64,000 bases of DNA from the human T2T-CHM13v2.0 reference genome, Homo sapiens: the NCBI RefSeq assembly GCF_009914755.1, contig NC_060931.1. One strand, given 5' to 3'. Positions 48,048 through 64,000 of this stretch are shown piece after piece. Under the pieces are notes generated by a model. It saw only the letters and a list, made by a program, of their open reading frames with translations. It searched no databases and had not been told where the DNA came from. Position 1 is the stretch's first letter; each line of letters starts with the position of its first letter. The position numbers and the translations under genes were made by a program.

Positions 48048-48226
48048 GGGCATTAGCAGTATGGTCAGGTGCTGCATCCACAAGCCCACGAGCCAGGAGC
48101 ATGCTGTGAAGGTCATCGACGTCACCAGTGGAAGCAGCTTCACCCCCGAGGAGGTGCAGGAGCTGCAAGAAGCCACACTGAAGGAGGTTGACATCCTGCA
48201 CAAGGTCTCAGGGCACCTCAACATCA
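48048..48226 (+). pseudogene. PHKG1: PHKG1 (phosphorylase kinase gamma-1) unprocessed pseudogene, exon 3 copy
   Basis: cag|...|gtgag, 179 nt, translates [59 protein letters not shown] versus recalled PHKG1 [59 protein letters not shown]. Confidence 0.93.
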
Positions 48227-49056
48227 GTGAGTGAGGGTCCCAAGCTCCACGGTGGGGTGACCCCTGTGATTCTGCCCTGACATGACAGCCCAAGCCAGGG
48301 AATGTGGCCCCACCACACAGCCAGTTAGAACCACCCAGGCTCAAGGCTCCCAGCTGTAGCCTCACTGCTTTGACAGAAGGGGTCCCAGGCAGGGATGGTT
48401 GCAGGTGAGGGGATGGGGGTTTGATGTCCCTGGGCTGAATGAGCCAGGCGTGCTGGTGCATGCCTGTAATCCCAGCCACTCAGAAGGCTGAGGCAGGAGC
48501 ATCACTGGAGCCCAGTAGTTTGAGGCTGCAGTGAGCTATGATTGCACTATTGCACTCCAGTGTGGGTGAGACCGTGAGACCTTGTCTCTAAAAATAATAA
48601 CAATAATAATAATAAAGTTGCTTGAGGCTGAGTTCAAGATCAGCCTGGGCAACATAGTGAGACCCCATATCTTTTTTATTTTTTAGACACGGTCTCACCC
48701 TGTCATCCATGTCAGCATGCAGTGGTATGATCTTGACTCACTACACTCTCTGCCTCCTAGGCTCAAGTGATCTTCCCACCTCAGCCTCCCTAGTAGGAGG
48801 GACAACAGGTGTGTGCCACCACATCTTGCTAACCATCTCTACTAAAAAAAAAAAAAAAGTGGCCAAGCACAGTGGCTCACACCTGTAATCCTGGGCCTGC
48901 CCACACCCCGGGTTGACATCCTTTGAGCACCCTCCTGATTCCCGTGTCAGCTTTTGAAGTTAGCTGACAGCAGCCTCGGTCCCTGACCCCCGTGCCCCAG
49001 CTGCCCCTGCCCGGGCTCCCCTGCCACTTGAGATGAGCTAGCCATTTCCATTTCAG

Positions 49057-49099
49057 TACAGCTGAGGGACACTTATGAGACCAACAGTTTCTTCTTCCT

Positions 49100-49101
<2 letters not shown>
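49057..49101 (+). pseudogene. PHKG1: PHKG1 exon 4 copy, 3'-truncated by fusion to an Alu
   Basis: tttcag|TACAGCTGAGGGACACTTATGAGACCAACAGTTTCTTCTTCCTGG = (I)QLRDTYETNSFFFL versus IQLKDTYETNTFFFLVFDL; runs directly into Alu sequence with no donor. Confidence 0.88.
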
Positions 49102-49772
<671 letters not shown>

Positions 49773-49916
49773 TCAATTCACAAACGTTTATTTGGAACAT
49801 TCACTGTAGGCCAGTGTGGTGCCAGGAGATGTAAGGGTGAGTGAGAAACAGTTCCAGGCCCCAAGAACAACCCCTGGGTCAGGAGGGCTGACAGCTTCTT
49901 TGTGTTCCACTCTCAG

Positions 49917-50033
49917 AGCCACCCAGAGTTCCCTTGCTGAGGATCTGAGCATGACCCGGGATGAGGCACTGCCGGACTCTCATTCCGCACAGGACTTCCA
50001 TGACAATTATTAGCCCAACGAGATCCTGGGCAG
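49917..50033 (+). pseudogene. PHKG1: PHKG1 exon 2 copy (start-codon exon) with premature stop
   Basis: ctctcag|...ATG at 49951, [26 protein letters not shown], |gtaag; PHKG1 begins [28 protein letters not shown]; TAG at 50011-50013 replaces Glu. Confidence 0.93.
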
Positions 50034-50570
50034 GTAAGGCCCAAGCTTTCCCCATGAAGTGCTGTCCTAGGCTCTAGCAGGCCCTGTAGGCTATAGCCAC
50101 CTCTGCAGCACACCAAGTACTGACCCCACTTTCATTCCCAAAGTGCTGTCCACTTGAAGAAACCCTTGGTTTGGGGTCCTGCCCTCCTGAAGCCAGGACA
50201 GATAAGAGAAACCACTCCCAGCAAAAAGTTCCCAGGGGTAGGTGCAACAGCTCATGCCGGTACTCCCAGCACTTTGGGAGGCTGAGGCAGGAGGATTGCT
50301 TGAGGCTGAGTTCAAGATCAGCCTAGGCAACATAGCAAGACCCCATATCTTTTCTATTTTTTAAACAGGGTCTCACCCTGTCATCCAGGTTGACATGCAT
50401 TGGTATGATCTTGACTCACTACAGTCTCTGCCTCCTAGGCTCAAGTGATCCTCCCACCTCAGCCTCCCTAGTAGGAGGGACAACAGGTTTGTGCCACCAC
50501 ATCTGGCTAAACATCTCTATTTTGAAAAAAAAAAAAAAAAAAAAAAAAAGCAGCCAAGCACAGTGGCTCA

Positions 50571-50819
<249 letters not shown>

Positions 50820-50947
50820 CTAATCTAGGAGTCACACGGCCTGAGAGCAGGCTTGTTACTCATCAGCTCTGGGTAGATCACCTGTCTGTGCCTCTATTTA
50901 TTCATCCATCATCCCCAAAGCTCAGAGGACGATGGGGTAAATTGTAA

Positions 50948-51350
50948 TTCTTATGGCCGCTGGCCCATGTATGCGCACTCCAGGAAGACCCAGAAGCCCC
51001 GCCTTCACTTCCGATTGGCTGCGTATGAGAGTCGGTCCTCTGTGACGCCATAGGGGCGCGCCTTCATTGACGTCTCAGAGGCGCCCATTCGAAAAGTCCT
51101 ATGAGCTGGTCTTTCGTGACGTCACTGGGGCGGTATAGTGCCTGGAGATGGTCAGTCTTCTGACAGTGGAGCCTGGTAACCGCCACCTCCTCTCCAGGTC
51201 CTCTGTATTGCTGGCAGCAGAAAGGTAGTTGATAAACTCCCACCCAGCACAGTGTGTATGTCCATCAAAAATAGGAAACTGTGTCCGGTGGCGGCCGAAG
51301 CCGGAGGATCCTTTCAGGCCAAGGGCAGCCTGTTAACCTGGCGCGACCCC
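50948..51350. promoter_or_regulatory. CpG-island promoter, copy 2 (CpG-eroded paralog)
   Basis: Aligns with 42957-43430; NRF1 site decayed to atgtatgcgca; retains ATTGG, the GC box and a full CRE TGACGTCA at 51117-51124. Confidence 0.65.
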
Positions 51351-52379
51351 ATCTCTTTAGTCTCACCTCAGCTTCCCAGCTACTTGAACTCCCAAGGTTC
51401 AAGGCTCCAATGAGCTGTGATCCCACCACAGCACTCCAGCCTTCGAGACTGAGGTAACCCCTGTCTAAAAAAGTAAAAAAGGAAACTACCCAAGTGTGCA
51501 ACAGGGAGGGACTGCTTAAGGAAAACATGAGGCTGGTTGGGCCCAGTTATCCCAGCACTTTGGGAGGCCGAGGCGGGAGGATGGCTTGGGCTCGGGAGTT
51601 CGAGACCCGCCTGGGCAGCAGGATGAAACCCCGTCCCTACAAAAGGTACAAAAATTAGCTGGGCGTGGTGCACGCCTAGCCTAATTTTTGTATTTTTTGT
51701 AGAGATGGGGGTCTTGCTATGTTGCCCAGGCCGGTTTCAAACTCCTGGGTTCACTGATATTCTCACTTTGGCCTTCAGACTTGCAGGGATTACAGGCATG
51801 AGCCACCGTGCCCCACCTGGGTTATGCTATTTAATAAAGTAAGAAAGTGTTTGGCCCTGCATGGTGGTTCACGCCTGTAATCTCAGCACAGTGGGAGGCC
51901 AAGGTGGGTGGATCACCTGAGGTCAGGAGTTCGAGACTAGCCTGGCCAACATGGAGAAACTCAGTCTCTACAAAAAATAACAAAAGTTAGCCGGGTGTGG
52001 TGGCACATGCCTGTAGTCCCAGGTGCTCGGGAGGCTGATACTGGAGAATCACTTGAACTGGGAAGTGGAGGTTGCCGTGAGCCGAGATCACACCAAGCAC
52101 CCCAGCCTGGGTGACACATCGAGACTCTAAAGTTTGAGACCAGCCCAGGCAATGTAGTGAAACCCTTTCTGTACAAAAAACAAAACAAAACAAAACAAAA
52201 AGCCGTGTGTAACTGTTCACCTGTGGCCGCAGCTACTTAGGAGGCTAAGGCAGGAGGATCACTTGCGGCCAGGAGCTCAAGGCTGCAGTGAGCTATAATC
52301 ATCCTGCTGCTCTCCATCCTGAGCAATAGAATGAAACCATTTCTCTAGATAGCTAGCTAGCTAGATAATTGATACGTAG

Positions 52380-52412
<33 letters not shown>

Positions 52413-52946
52413 AGACAGAGTCTTGTTCTGTCACATAGGATGGGATGCAGTCGTGCGATCTTGGCTCACCTGCTCACTGCAACCTCTGCCTTCTGGGTTC
52501 AAGCAATTCTCCTGCCTGTCTGAGTAGCCGGGAATTACAGGCACACGCCACCATGCCTGGCTAATTTTTTATATTTTTAGTAGAGATGGGGTTTCACTGT
52601 GTTGGTCAGGCTGGTCTTGAACTCCTGACCTCGTCATCCACCCGCCTCAGCCTCCCAAAGTGCTGGGATTACAGGCGTGAGCCACGGCGCCCAGCTGATT
52701 ATGTAGTTTTCTATCAAATTTTTTTCCTAGATTTGAACATGTTTTTCTAAAGTAGCATTCAACACATCAGCATTTTACAGTGTTATTAGTTGTTAATATG
52801 ATTTTGTTTTTCTGAAATACAGTATCCTTTACAAAAAGTTTTGTCTTTCAAAGCACATAGATAGGTCCTCAAATGAATTTGTCTGATGTTGATTACCTTG
52901 GTACCATTTTGTCCACTTGATTGAAACAGTTAGTTGGTAATTTCAG

Positions 52947-53151
52947 GTCACTATTGGCCTTAGAGGAAGAGCCCAAAGGCAACAAGCAAGGGCACTGGTG
53001 TCCAGTTGCCTTCTAGAAGCATTTTCACCTTCCCTTAAGGTTTCGCTTGATGAATATAGAAGTACTGTATGTAGAATTGACCCAGTGCTGCCCTGGCAAC
53101 TTTGTAGATTAGGCCAAATTTACATTTCTTACCTTTATGAGAGGCACCCTG
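52947..53151 (+). other. Candidate non-coding exon downstream of promoter copy 2
   Basis: tttcag| acceptor and ctg|gtagg donor around 205 nt of unique sequence; resembles my recollection of exons in GTF2I-pseudogene-associated lncRNAs; unverified. Confidence 0.4.
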
Positions 53152-53340
53152 GTAGGCTAGTGGAGTTACACACGAAGTCTGATCTCAGCTGCACCGTCCA
53201 GAAATGCAACATGGTCGAATTGAATAACATTCTCTGAGCCAGTTTCTTTAGCTGTAAAATAAGAATAACAAGTATACTCATCTAAAAAGACAGCTTATTG
53301 TATCTGAGTGGTCTTCTATTTTCTACGAAACTGTCTTTAA

Positions 53341-53711
<371 letters not shown>

Positions 53712-54746
53712 TGAGCCCAGCTCATTTTTAGAAAAGGATTGCTTGGCCAGTCTCAGTGGCTCGCACCTGTAATCCCAGCACTTTGGAAGGCAGAGGTGGG
53801 TGGATCAGCTGAGGTCAGGAGCTCCAGACCAGCCTGACCAACATGGAGAAACCCTGACTCTACTAAAAATGCAAAATTAGCCAGGTGTGGTGGTGCATGC
53901 CTGTAATCCCAGCTACTTGGGCCCAGTAATTGAACCCCTCAGACCTGAGGACGAGAAAGCTTGCCTCAGTTCTTCCCCAGGTGATCAGCCCAGGGGTAAG
54001 GAAGAAGAGGCCGGAAAAGAGGACCTATGAGAAGGGCCCCCTCCTGGAGTTTGAGGCCCACTCCCTCCTGCCCCAGCCTCTCCTCTGTCTAGGACTCCTC
54101 CCTGCTCTGCCCCACTCATGGAGCCATGGCCATGGGGGGGCTGCGTTTGAGTACAGGCCCCAGCAGCAGCCCTAAGCCAAAAGTGGGCAGGCTCACCTGC
54201 AGGGGATCAGAGTAACATGGCAGGAAGTAAGGGTGAAAGCCGCCCTGGAACCGTGCCTCTCTGCCCCCTCATGTCACTCGGGTGCACTCCTCCCTCACCT
54301 CATTTAGGCAGCGGCATGAGTTCAATGGGAGTGATGTCCTGCTCCCTCTGCTGCCTCTTTTTAGTCTTGGGGCTACCATAACACTTTCCCTTCCCCAGCC
54401 CTGCCAACCTGGTGGGCCATTGGGCTTCCCTCTCCCAGGGTCCTGGGGACAGACCTGTCCTGTATCATACTCACAGAGAGACCCTTTTTTTTCTCCAGGA
54501 CTTGAGGATCAGCCAGATTTCATGAGTTAAATGCAGATCTGAATCATACCAAGCTGAGATTGGGGTACACACTCTCCTCTACTGAAAAGTAGTGACGGAT
54601 TCCAACTTGGTGAGAGGGAGAGTGGGGCAGAACCAGACCAGACAAGGAGTGGTCACCTGGAAAAAGCCTGCCATCAAAGGCCTTGGTGAGTGCTGGGTGC
54701 GGTGGCTCACTCCTCAGCAGTTTGGGAGGCTGAGATAGGTGGATCA

Positions 54747-55193
<447 letters not shown>

Positions 55194-56241
55194 TTATTGT
55201 CGACATGGAGCCCCACTCTATCACCCAGGCTGGGGTGCAGTGGCACAATCTTGGCTCACTGCAACCTCCGCCCCACCCTGGGTTCAAACAGTTCCCATGT
55301 CTCAGCCTCCTATGTAGCTGAGATTATAGGCATGTGTTACCACCCCCAGCTAATTTTTGTAATTTTTAGAGACGAGGTTTCACCATGTTGGAAGGCTGGT
55401 CTTGAATTTCTGACCTCAAGTGATCCACCCACCTGAGCCTCACAAAGTGCTGGGATTACAGGCATGAGCCACCATGCCCAGCCCCTTCAGGTGGGTGTTG
55501 AGGCTTCAGTACAATACTAGTTTCCCGTGGCTACTGCAACAAATTACCACACACTAAATGTCAGTGCTTTTTATAAGGTGAAACAAATTATCTTGTGGGG
55601 CTTTTGTTGTGATGGTGATTTATTAGATTTTTTAGTTTAAAGACAGTAATGCTCAGGTGTTGTAAAATTATAAAAGCAATTCTCACATTTTATAAATTTT
55701 TTTTGAGACAAAGTTTCACACTTGTTGTTCAGGCTGGAGTTGCAATCTCAGCTCACCACAACCTCTGCCTCCTGGATTCAAGAAATTCTCCTGCCTCAGC
55801 CTCCCAAGTAGCTGGGACTACAGGGGTGCGTCACCACACCCAGGTAATTTTTGTACTTTAGTAGAGATGGGGTTTCACCATGTTGGCCAGGATGGTCTTA
55901 ATCTCTTGACATTGTGATCTGCCTGCCTTGGACTCCCAAAGTGCTGGGATTACAGCCACCCCTCAGCCCACATTTTATAACTTTAAAGCAGTATTAATGG
56001 TAATTGCCTTAGGGAAAGATGCTTTTGTTGTGATATATAAGTAAGATATTCAGGTATATTGTACGGCAAAGGACATTAAACCTAAGTCAGCAATAATGTG
56101 TTATATGGTACACTTAAAACTTTAGTACAAAGATTCGTGTTTAGCAAATTGACCTTAACACATAATGATAGCAAAAAAATGGAGCTGTTCTGATGATAGA
56201 CCATTGGTTTTGTCTGAATTTAATACTCTCCATGCTCTTGA

Positions 56242-56475
<234 letters not shown>

Positions 56476-56704
56476 TAAGGTGATTCACCTGCCTTGGTCT
56501 CTCAAAGTATTTGGGTTACAGGCATGAGCCACTGTGCCTGGCTACCTCTTGACTTTCTATAGCTGTTCTGTTATTTTAATCTTAAGTAAATAAATGTTAG
56601 CTGAAATGATACAGTTCAGGAGAATCTTCTGCTTCTGTTACTAAAAAAAATCATATTTATAAGTCTAACAAGGTTACACTAATGTATATGTTTGGAAAAT
56701 ATTA

Positions 56705-57063
<359 letters not shown>

Positions 57064-57571
57064 TTAGCTGGTATGTTTTTCTGGCTTTATAATGTGGTTC
57101 AGACTTCTGTTGAAATTCTGGCTGTATCTACATTGCCTTAGAGTAATGGGATATTTCTTTCTTTTTTTTTTTTTCTCAGCTGGAGTTTCACTGTTGTCGC
57201 CCATGCTGGAGTGCAATGGTGTGTCCTGGCTCACAGCAATCTCTGCCTCTCAGGTTCAAGTGATTCTCCTAGGTCAGCCTCCTGAGTAGCTGGGATGACA
57301 GGCACCTGCCACAATGCCTGGATAATTTTTGTATGCTTAGTAGAGACGGGGTTTCACCTTGTTGGCCAGGCTGGTCTTGAATTCCTGACTTCCTGATCTG
57401 TCTGCCTCAGCCTTCCAAAGTGTTGGATTACAGGCATGAGCCACCATGACCAGCCTGTCTTTTTTTTTTTTCAAAGCCACCCTTGGTTATGAAATGTAAA
57501 ATATGCACCAGTGAATATTACTTTGCTGAATATTGCCTAGTGAATATTAAGTATTTATTCTCACCTTTCAA

Positions 57572-57630
57572 ACATGAACTTGCGAATTCAACATGTGAAG
57601 ACTTACAACTTGATAAACCAGCTTCAGGTG
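57572..57630 (+). pseudogene. GTF2I: GTF2I pseudogene exon (linker between I-repeats 2 and 3), acceptor mutated
   Basis: Translates HELANSTCEDLQLDKPASG versus recalled TFII-I HELLNSTREDLQLDKPASG; 59 nt; preceded by ctttcaa (AG lost); donor gtagg retained. Confidence 0.88.
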
Positions 57631-58230
57631 GTAGGTCTTCAGTCTTAAGTCAGATTAGAAGATTATGTGAAATAATTATTTAATGCTTAACAATGATTTT
57701 TTTAACGGTACCTTTCACATGAAATAATATTCCTCTTACTTTTAATTATGTTCCAGGACAGGAGAATTCATGTTGTCAAAATTCTAATACTCTCTAGAAC
57801 AATAAACTCATTTTCTTTTTATTAACCCATTATAAATACATGTAAGTATTGGGTTTATGGGTAGACAGAACTAAAAGAACAATATTTGTCCTACTTTTCA
57901 GATACAACATTTGTCTGACATTATGCACTGAACAGTTTATTATTGAAGTCTATACTAGCCAACTGAACAAGCATTCATCAAATGTCCACGATACCCAGGA
58001 CATAAGAAAGTTCCTTTTAGAGCATGGAGCCATGCATATCATCTCTTAATTGTTAGATGTGTTTTGAAAGAAATAGAAATATAATTGATTTTCTGGTTTT
58101 GGCTCTAGAGTGGAGTGCAGACAAAAAAGAATGGAATCACACTGTTTAGATTTACTAAAATGGAAGGATTGCCAGCAAGATCATATCCCTAGTCTCCCCA
58201 TAGCAAATGGCACCTGCTAGCTGTTTGCTG

Positions 58231-58267
<37 letters not shown>

Positions 58268-58691
58268 AGGTGGAGTTTTCCTCTGTTGCCCATACTGGAG
58301 TGCAGTGGTGTGATCTCAGCTCATGCAAGCTCTACCTCCTGGGTTCCAGCAATTCTGTCTGCCTCAGCCTCCCAAGTAGCTGGGATTACAGGCACCTGCC
58401 ACCACGCCAGCCTAATTTTTTATTTGCAGTAGAGTTTGGGTTTCACCATGTTGGTCAGGCTGGTCTGGAACTCCTGACCTCAGGTGATCTGCCCACCTCA
58501 GCCTCCCAAAGTACTGGCATTACAGGCATGAGACAACCTGTCCTGCCTGCTAGTGGTTCTTGAGCACACTGAGTTCTGCTTTTTCCTAGCTTTAATGAAT
58601 GTCTGGTTCTTCCTTTTTTTGTGCAGTGTATGTCAGCATTGTTTCAGTAATAAATACATTCTGGATCTTAGAAATAATATTAGTTACAGGT

Positions 58692-58983
58692 GCCAGGTGC
58701 GGTGGCTCATGCTTGTAATCCCAGCACTTTGGGACGATGAGGCGGGTGGAGCACGAGGTCAGGAGATCAAGACCATCCTGGCTAACACGGTGAAACACTG
58801 TCTCTACTAAAAATACAAAAAATTAGCCGGGCGTGGTGGCGGGCGCCTGTAGTCCCAGCTACTCAGGAGGCTGAGGCCGGAGAATGGCATGAACCTGGGA
58901 GGCGGAGCTTGCAGTGAGCCGAGATCATGCCACTGCACTCCAGTGTGTGCTACAGAGCGAGACTCCATCTCAAAAAAAAAAAA
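58692..58983 (+). mobile_element. AluY
   Basis: Diagnostics gagatcaagaccatcctggctaacacggtg and ggcggagcttgcag. Confidence 0.92.
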
Positions 58984-59088
58984 TAGTCACAGGAAAGAAA
59001 AATACTGCCTATTTTATAATAATATTTAATAACCCAAGTTATTAAATTCATTAGATTGAGAAAACTTGTATTCCTGTGATTTTGATGG

Positions 59089-59161
59089 GGAAGGAAGTAT
59101 GGTATGCCAGAATCACTGAATTGTGGAAAATGATGGATCAGCTTTTTTGCAAAAAAATTTG
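59089..59161 (+). pseudogene. GTF2I: GTF2I pseudogene exon (start of I-repeat 3), both splice sites lost, +1 frameshift
   Basis: KEVWYARITELWKMMDQLFCKK versus recalled [23 protein letters not shown]; acceptor reads tttgatgg, donor reads ataagt, and the A-run has one extra A. Confidence 0.88.
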
Positions 59162-59279
59162 ATAAGTCTGTTTTTTCCCCTTCAACTAAATTATATTACT
59201 GAGTATTGTTTTTTATAATGTTGTTTTATTTAGGAAAGTAAATACAATGAGTGGGACTCAGCTTCAGTTTTCTCTTACT

Positions 59280-59879
<600 letters not shown>

Positions 59880-59880
<1 letters not shown>

Positions 59881-60207
59881 GGAGTGGATTAATTTTATGG
59901 TTCACCTTTTAGACCATACAGAACAACTTTCTGACATTGCCATGGCATTTGTAAACTGCCAAGGAGTTGATGGGTGTATTGCAGTGAGGATGAGCAGAGG
60001 TCACTCTCGTCATTATCTTGGTTTTGGCTGGCTTTTTTACTGCAGCCCATTTTATCAGCAAGGTCTTTATGACCTGTATATTGTGCTGACCTCCCTCACC
60101 CTGTGACTTAGCCTTAACCATCTGGGAATGCAGCTCAGTAAGTCTTAGCCTCATTTTACCCACCTCCTACTTAAGATCGAGTTGCTCTCTTTCAAATGCT
60201 TCTGACA
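59880..60207 (-). mobile_element. MER41 (ERV1) LTR fragment, MER41A-like
   Basis: Reverse complement begins TGTCAGAAGCATTTGAAAGAGAGCAACTC, contains GGTCATAAAGACCTTGCTGATAAAA and AAATGCCATGGCAATGTCAG; no tandem GAS (TTCCNGGAA) segment. Confidence 0.85.
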
Positions 60208-61112
60208 GTATTGCTGCTTTCTTTAAGGTTCCTGAAAGAGAGAGAGAAAATCTTGGATTTTTCATGGCTGTGAACCACTGCAAGTATTGAGGAAATGTTT
60301 ACTACTTTCAGCCTCATAATCCTGCAGTCATTTGGCACCTGTGAGTCAGGTGCAGGGGAACTGCCCCATACAGTCTGGAGCATTCAATCTGGTGGGGAAA
60401 TGTGTAGTAAGTAGGAGATATTTACAGTGTAAGGTGTTAAGGTCTGGGGTAGAATTAAGTAGAATAAGGGGTTGAGGAGGCAGAGGGTGTGATTGGGGCA
60501 GCCTTGATGATATGTGATGAGCACATTCTGCAGTTGGCCTCACCTCTTTCTAAAACTTCCACTTTTTTCACTCTCACCTTCAACAATTGGTTCTTTTTTA
60601 TTTTATAGAAAATTTGTTAGAATTAGGTTTATATATTTTCTTGAATTAACAGAATAATTTAACATCACTCTCTAGTGTGACTAAAAGCCTCTAATCCTTT
60701 ACTGTTTTTTGTTTATGGGCATATTTGTTTTTACAGCTATAATAATTATTTCATTTTGTGTGGTTTCTCAAAAACACATGTTTCTTATATCAAAGAGTCT
60801 CTATACTAGAGTCCTTCAGATTTGGTGCTAATAACATTAAGAATTTAAGACAGGTCTTGAGATGTTAGAGGAAAGCCAGTCTAAGAACACAGAAATTAAT
60901 TGTTAATTTATTTTGAGTTGACATTTAAGTTGAGGTGTGGAGGTGGAGGAGACAGTTGGATAAATGAGTTTGGAAGTAAGGAGAAAGATCTGGGAATAGA
61001 TACAATTTTGGATTTTATAGTTGCGTTTTCATAGCAATTGTTGTTACTGCCAAAATAATTCATCAGTGAGCTCCCTGACAGCTCCCCAACCTTTCTTTTT
61101 AAAGAAACAGGA

Positions 61113-63958
<2,846 letters not shown>

Positions 63959-64000
63959 GATGTGATGATTGAGTTTCTTACTATATCTGTGTTCCTGCAG

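Overview
Primate (probably human) genomic DNA, extremely Alu-dense (dozens of Alu copies and fragments, plus old L1, L2, MIR, hAT/Tigger DNA-transposon fossils and MLT/MER41 LTRs). I see no intact protein-coding gene; nearly all ORFs in the supplied track are Alu or repeat read-throughs. The window is a segmental-duplication mosaic. (1) The left part holds an orphan, frameshifted minus-strand copy of CUX1 exon 3 (14847-14892) in intron-like sequence. (2) From about 42.4 kb there is a rearranged cassette: two copies of a CpG-island promoter (about 43.0 and 51.0 kb), unprocessed PHKG1 exons in scrambled order (exon 3, truncated exon 4, exon 2 with a stop), and two GTF2I exons with damaged splice sites. 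About 7 kb (50.4-57.4 kb) is duplicated at 42.4-47.1 kb with two deletions and an Alu-mediated inversion. Gene identities are from my recall of the parent protein sequences, not a database search. CUX1, PHKG1 and GTF2I are all chromosome 7 genes, so the chromosome 7 duplication network is the likely origin (inference; the locus cannot be fixed from sequence alone). I cannot support a wholly new biological system. The most interesting signal is a possible bidirectional, CRE-repeat-expanded promoter facing sense-oriented fragments of three different genes.
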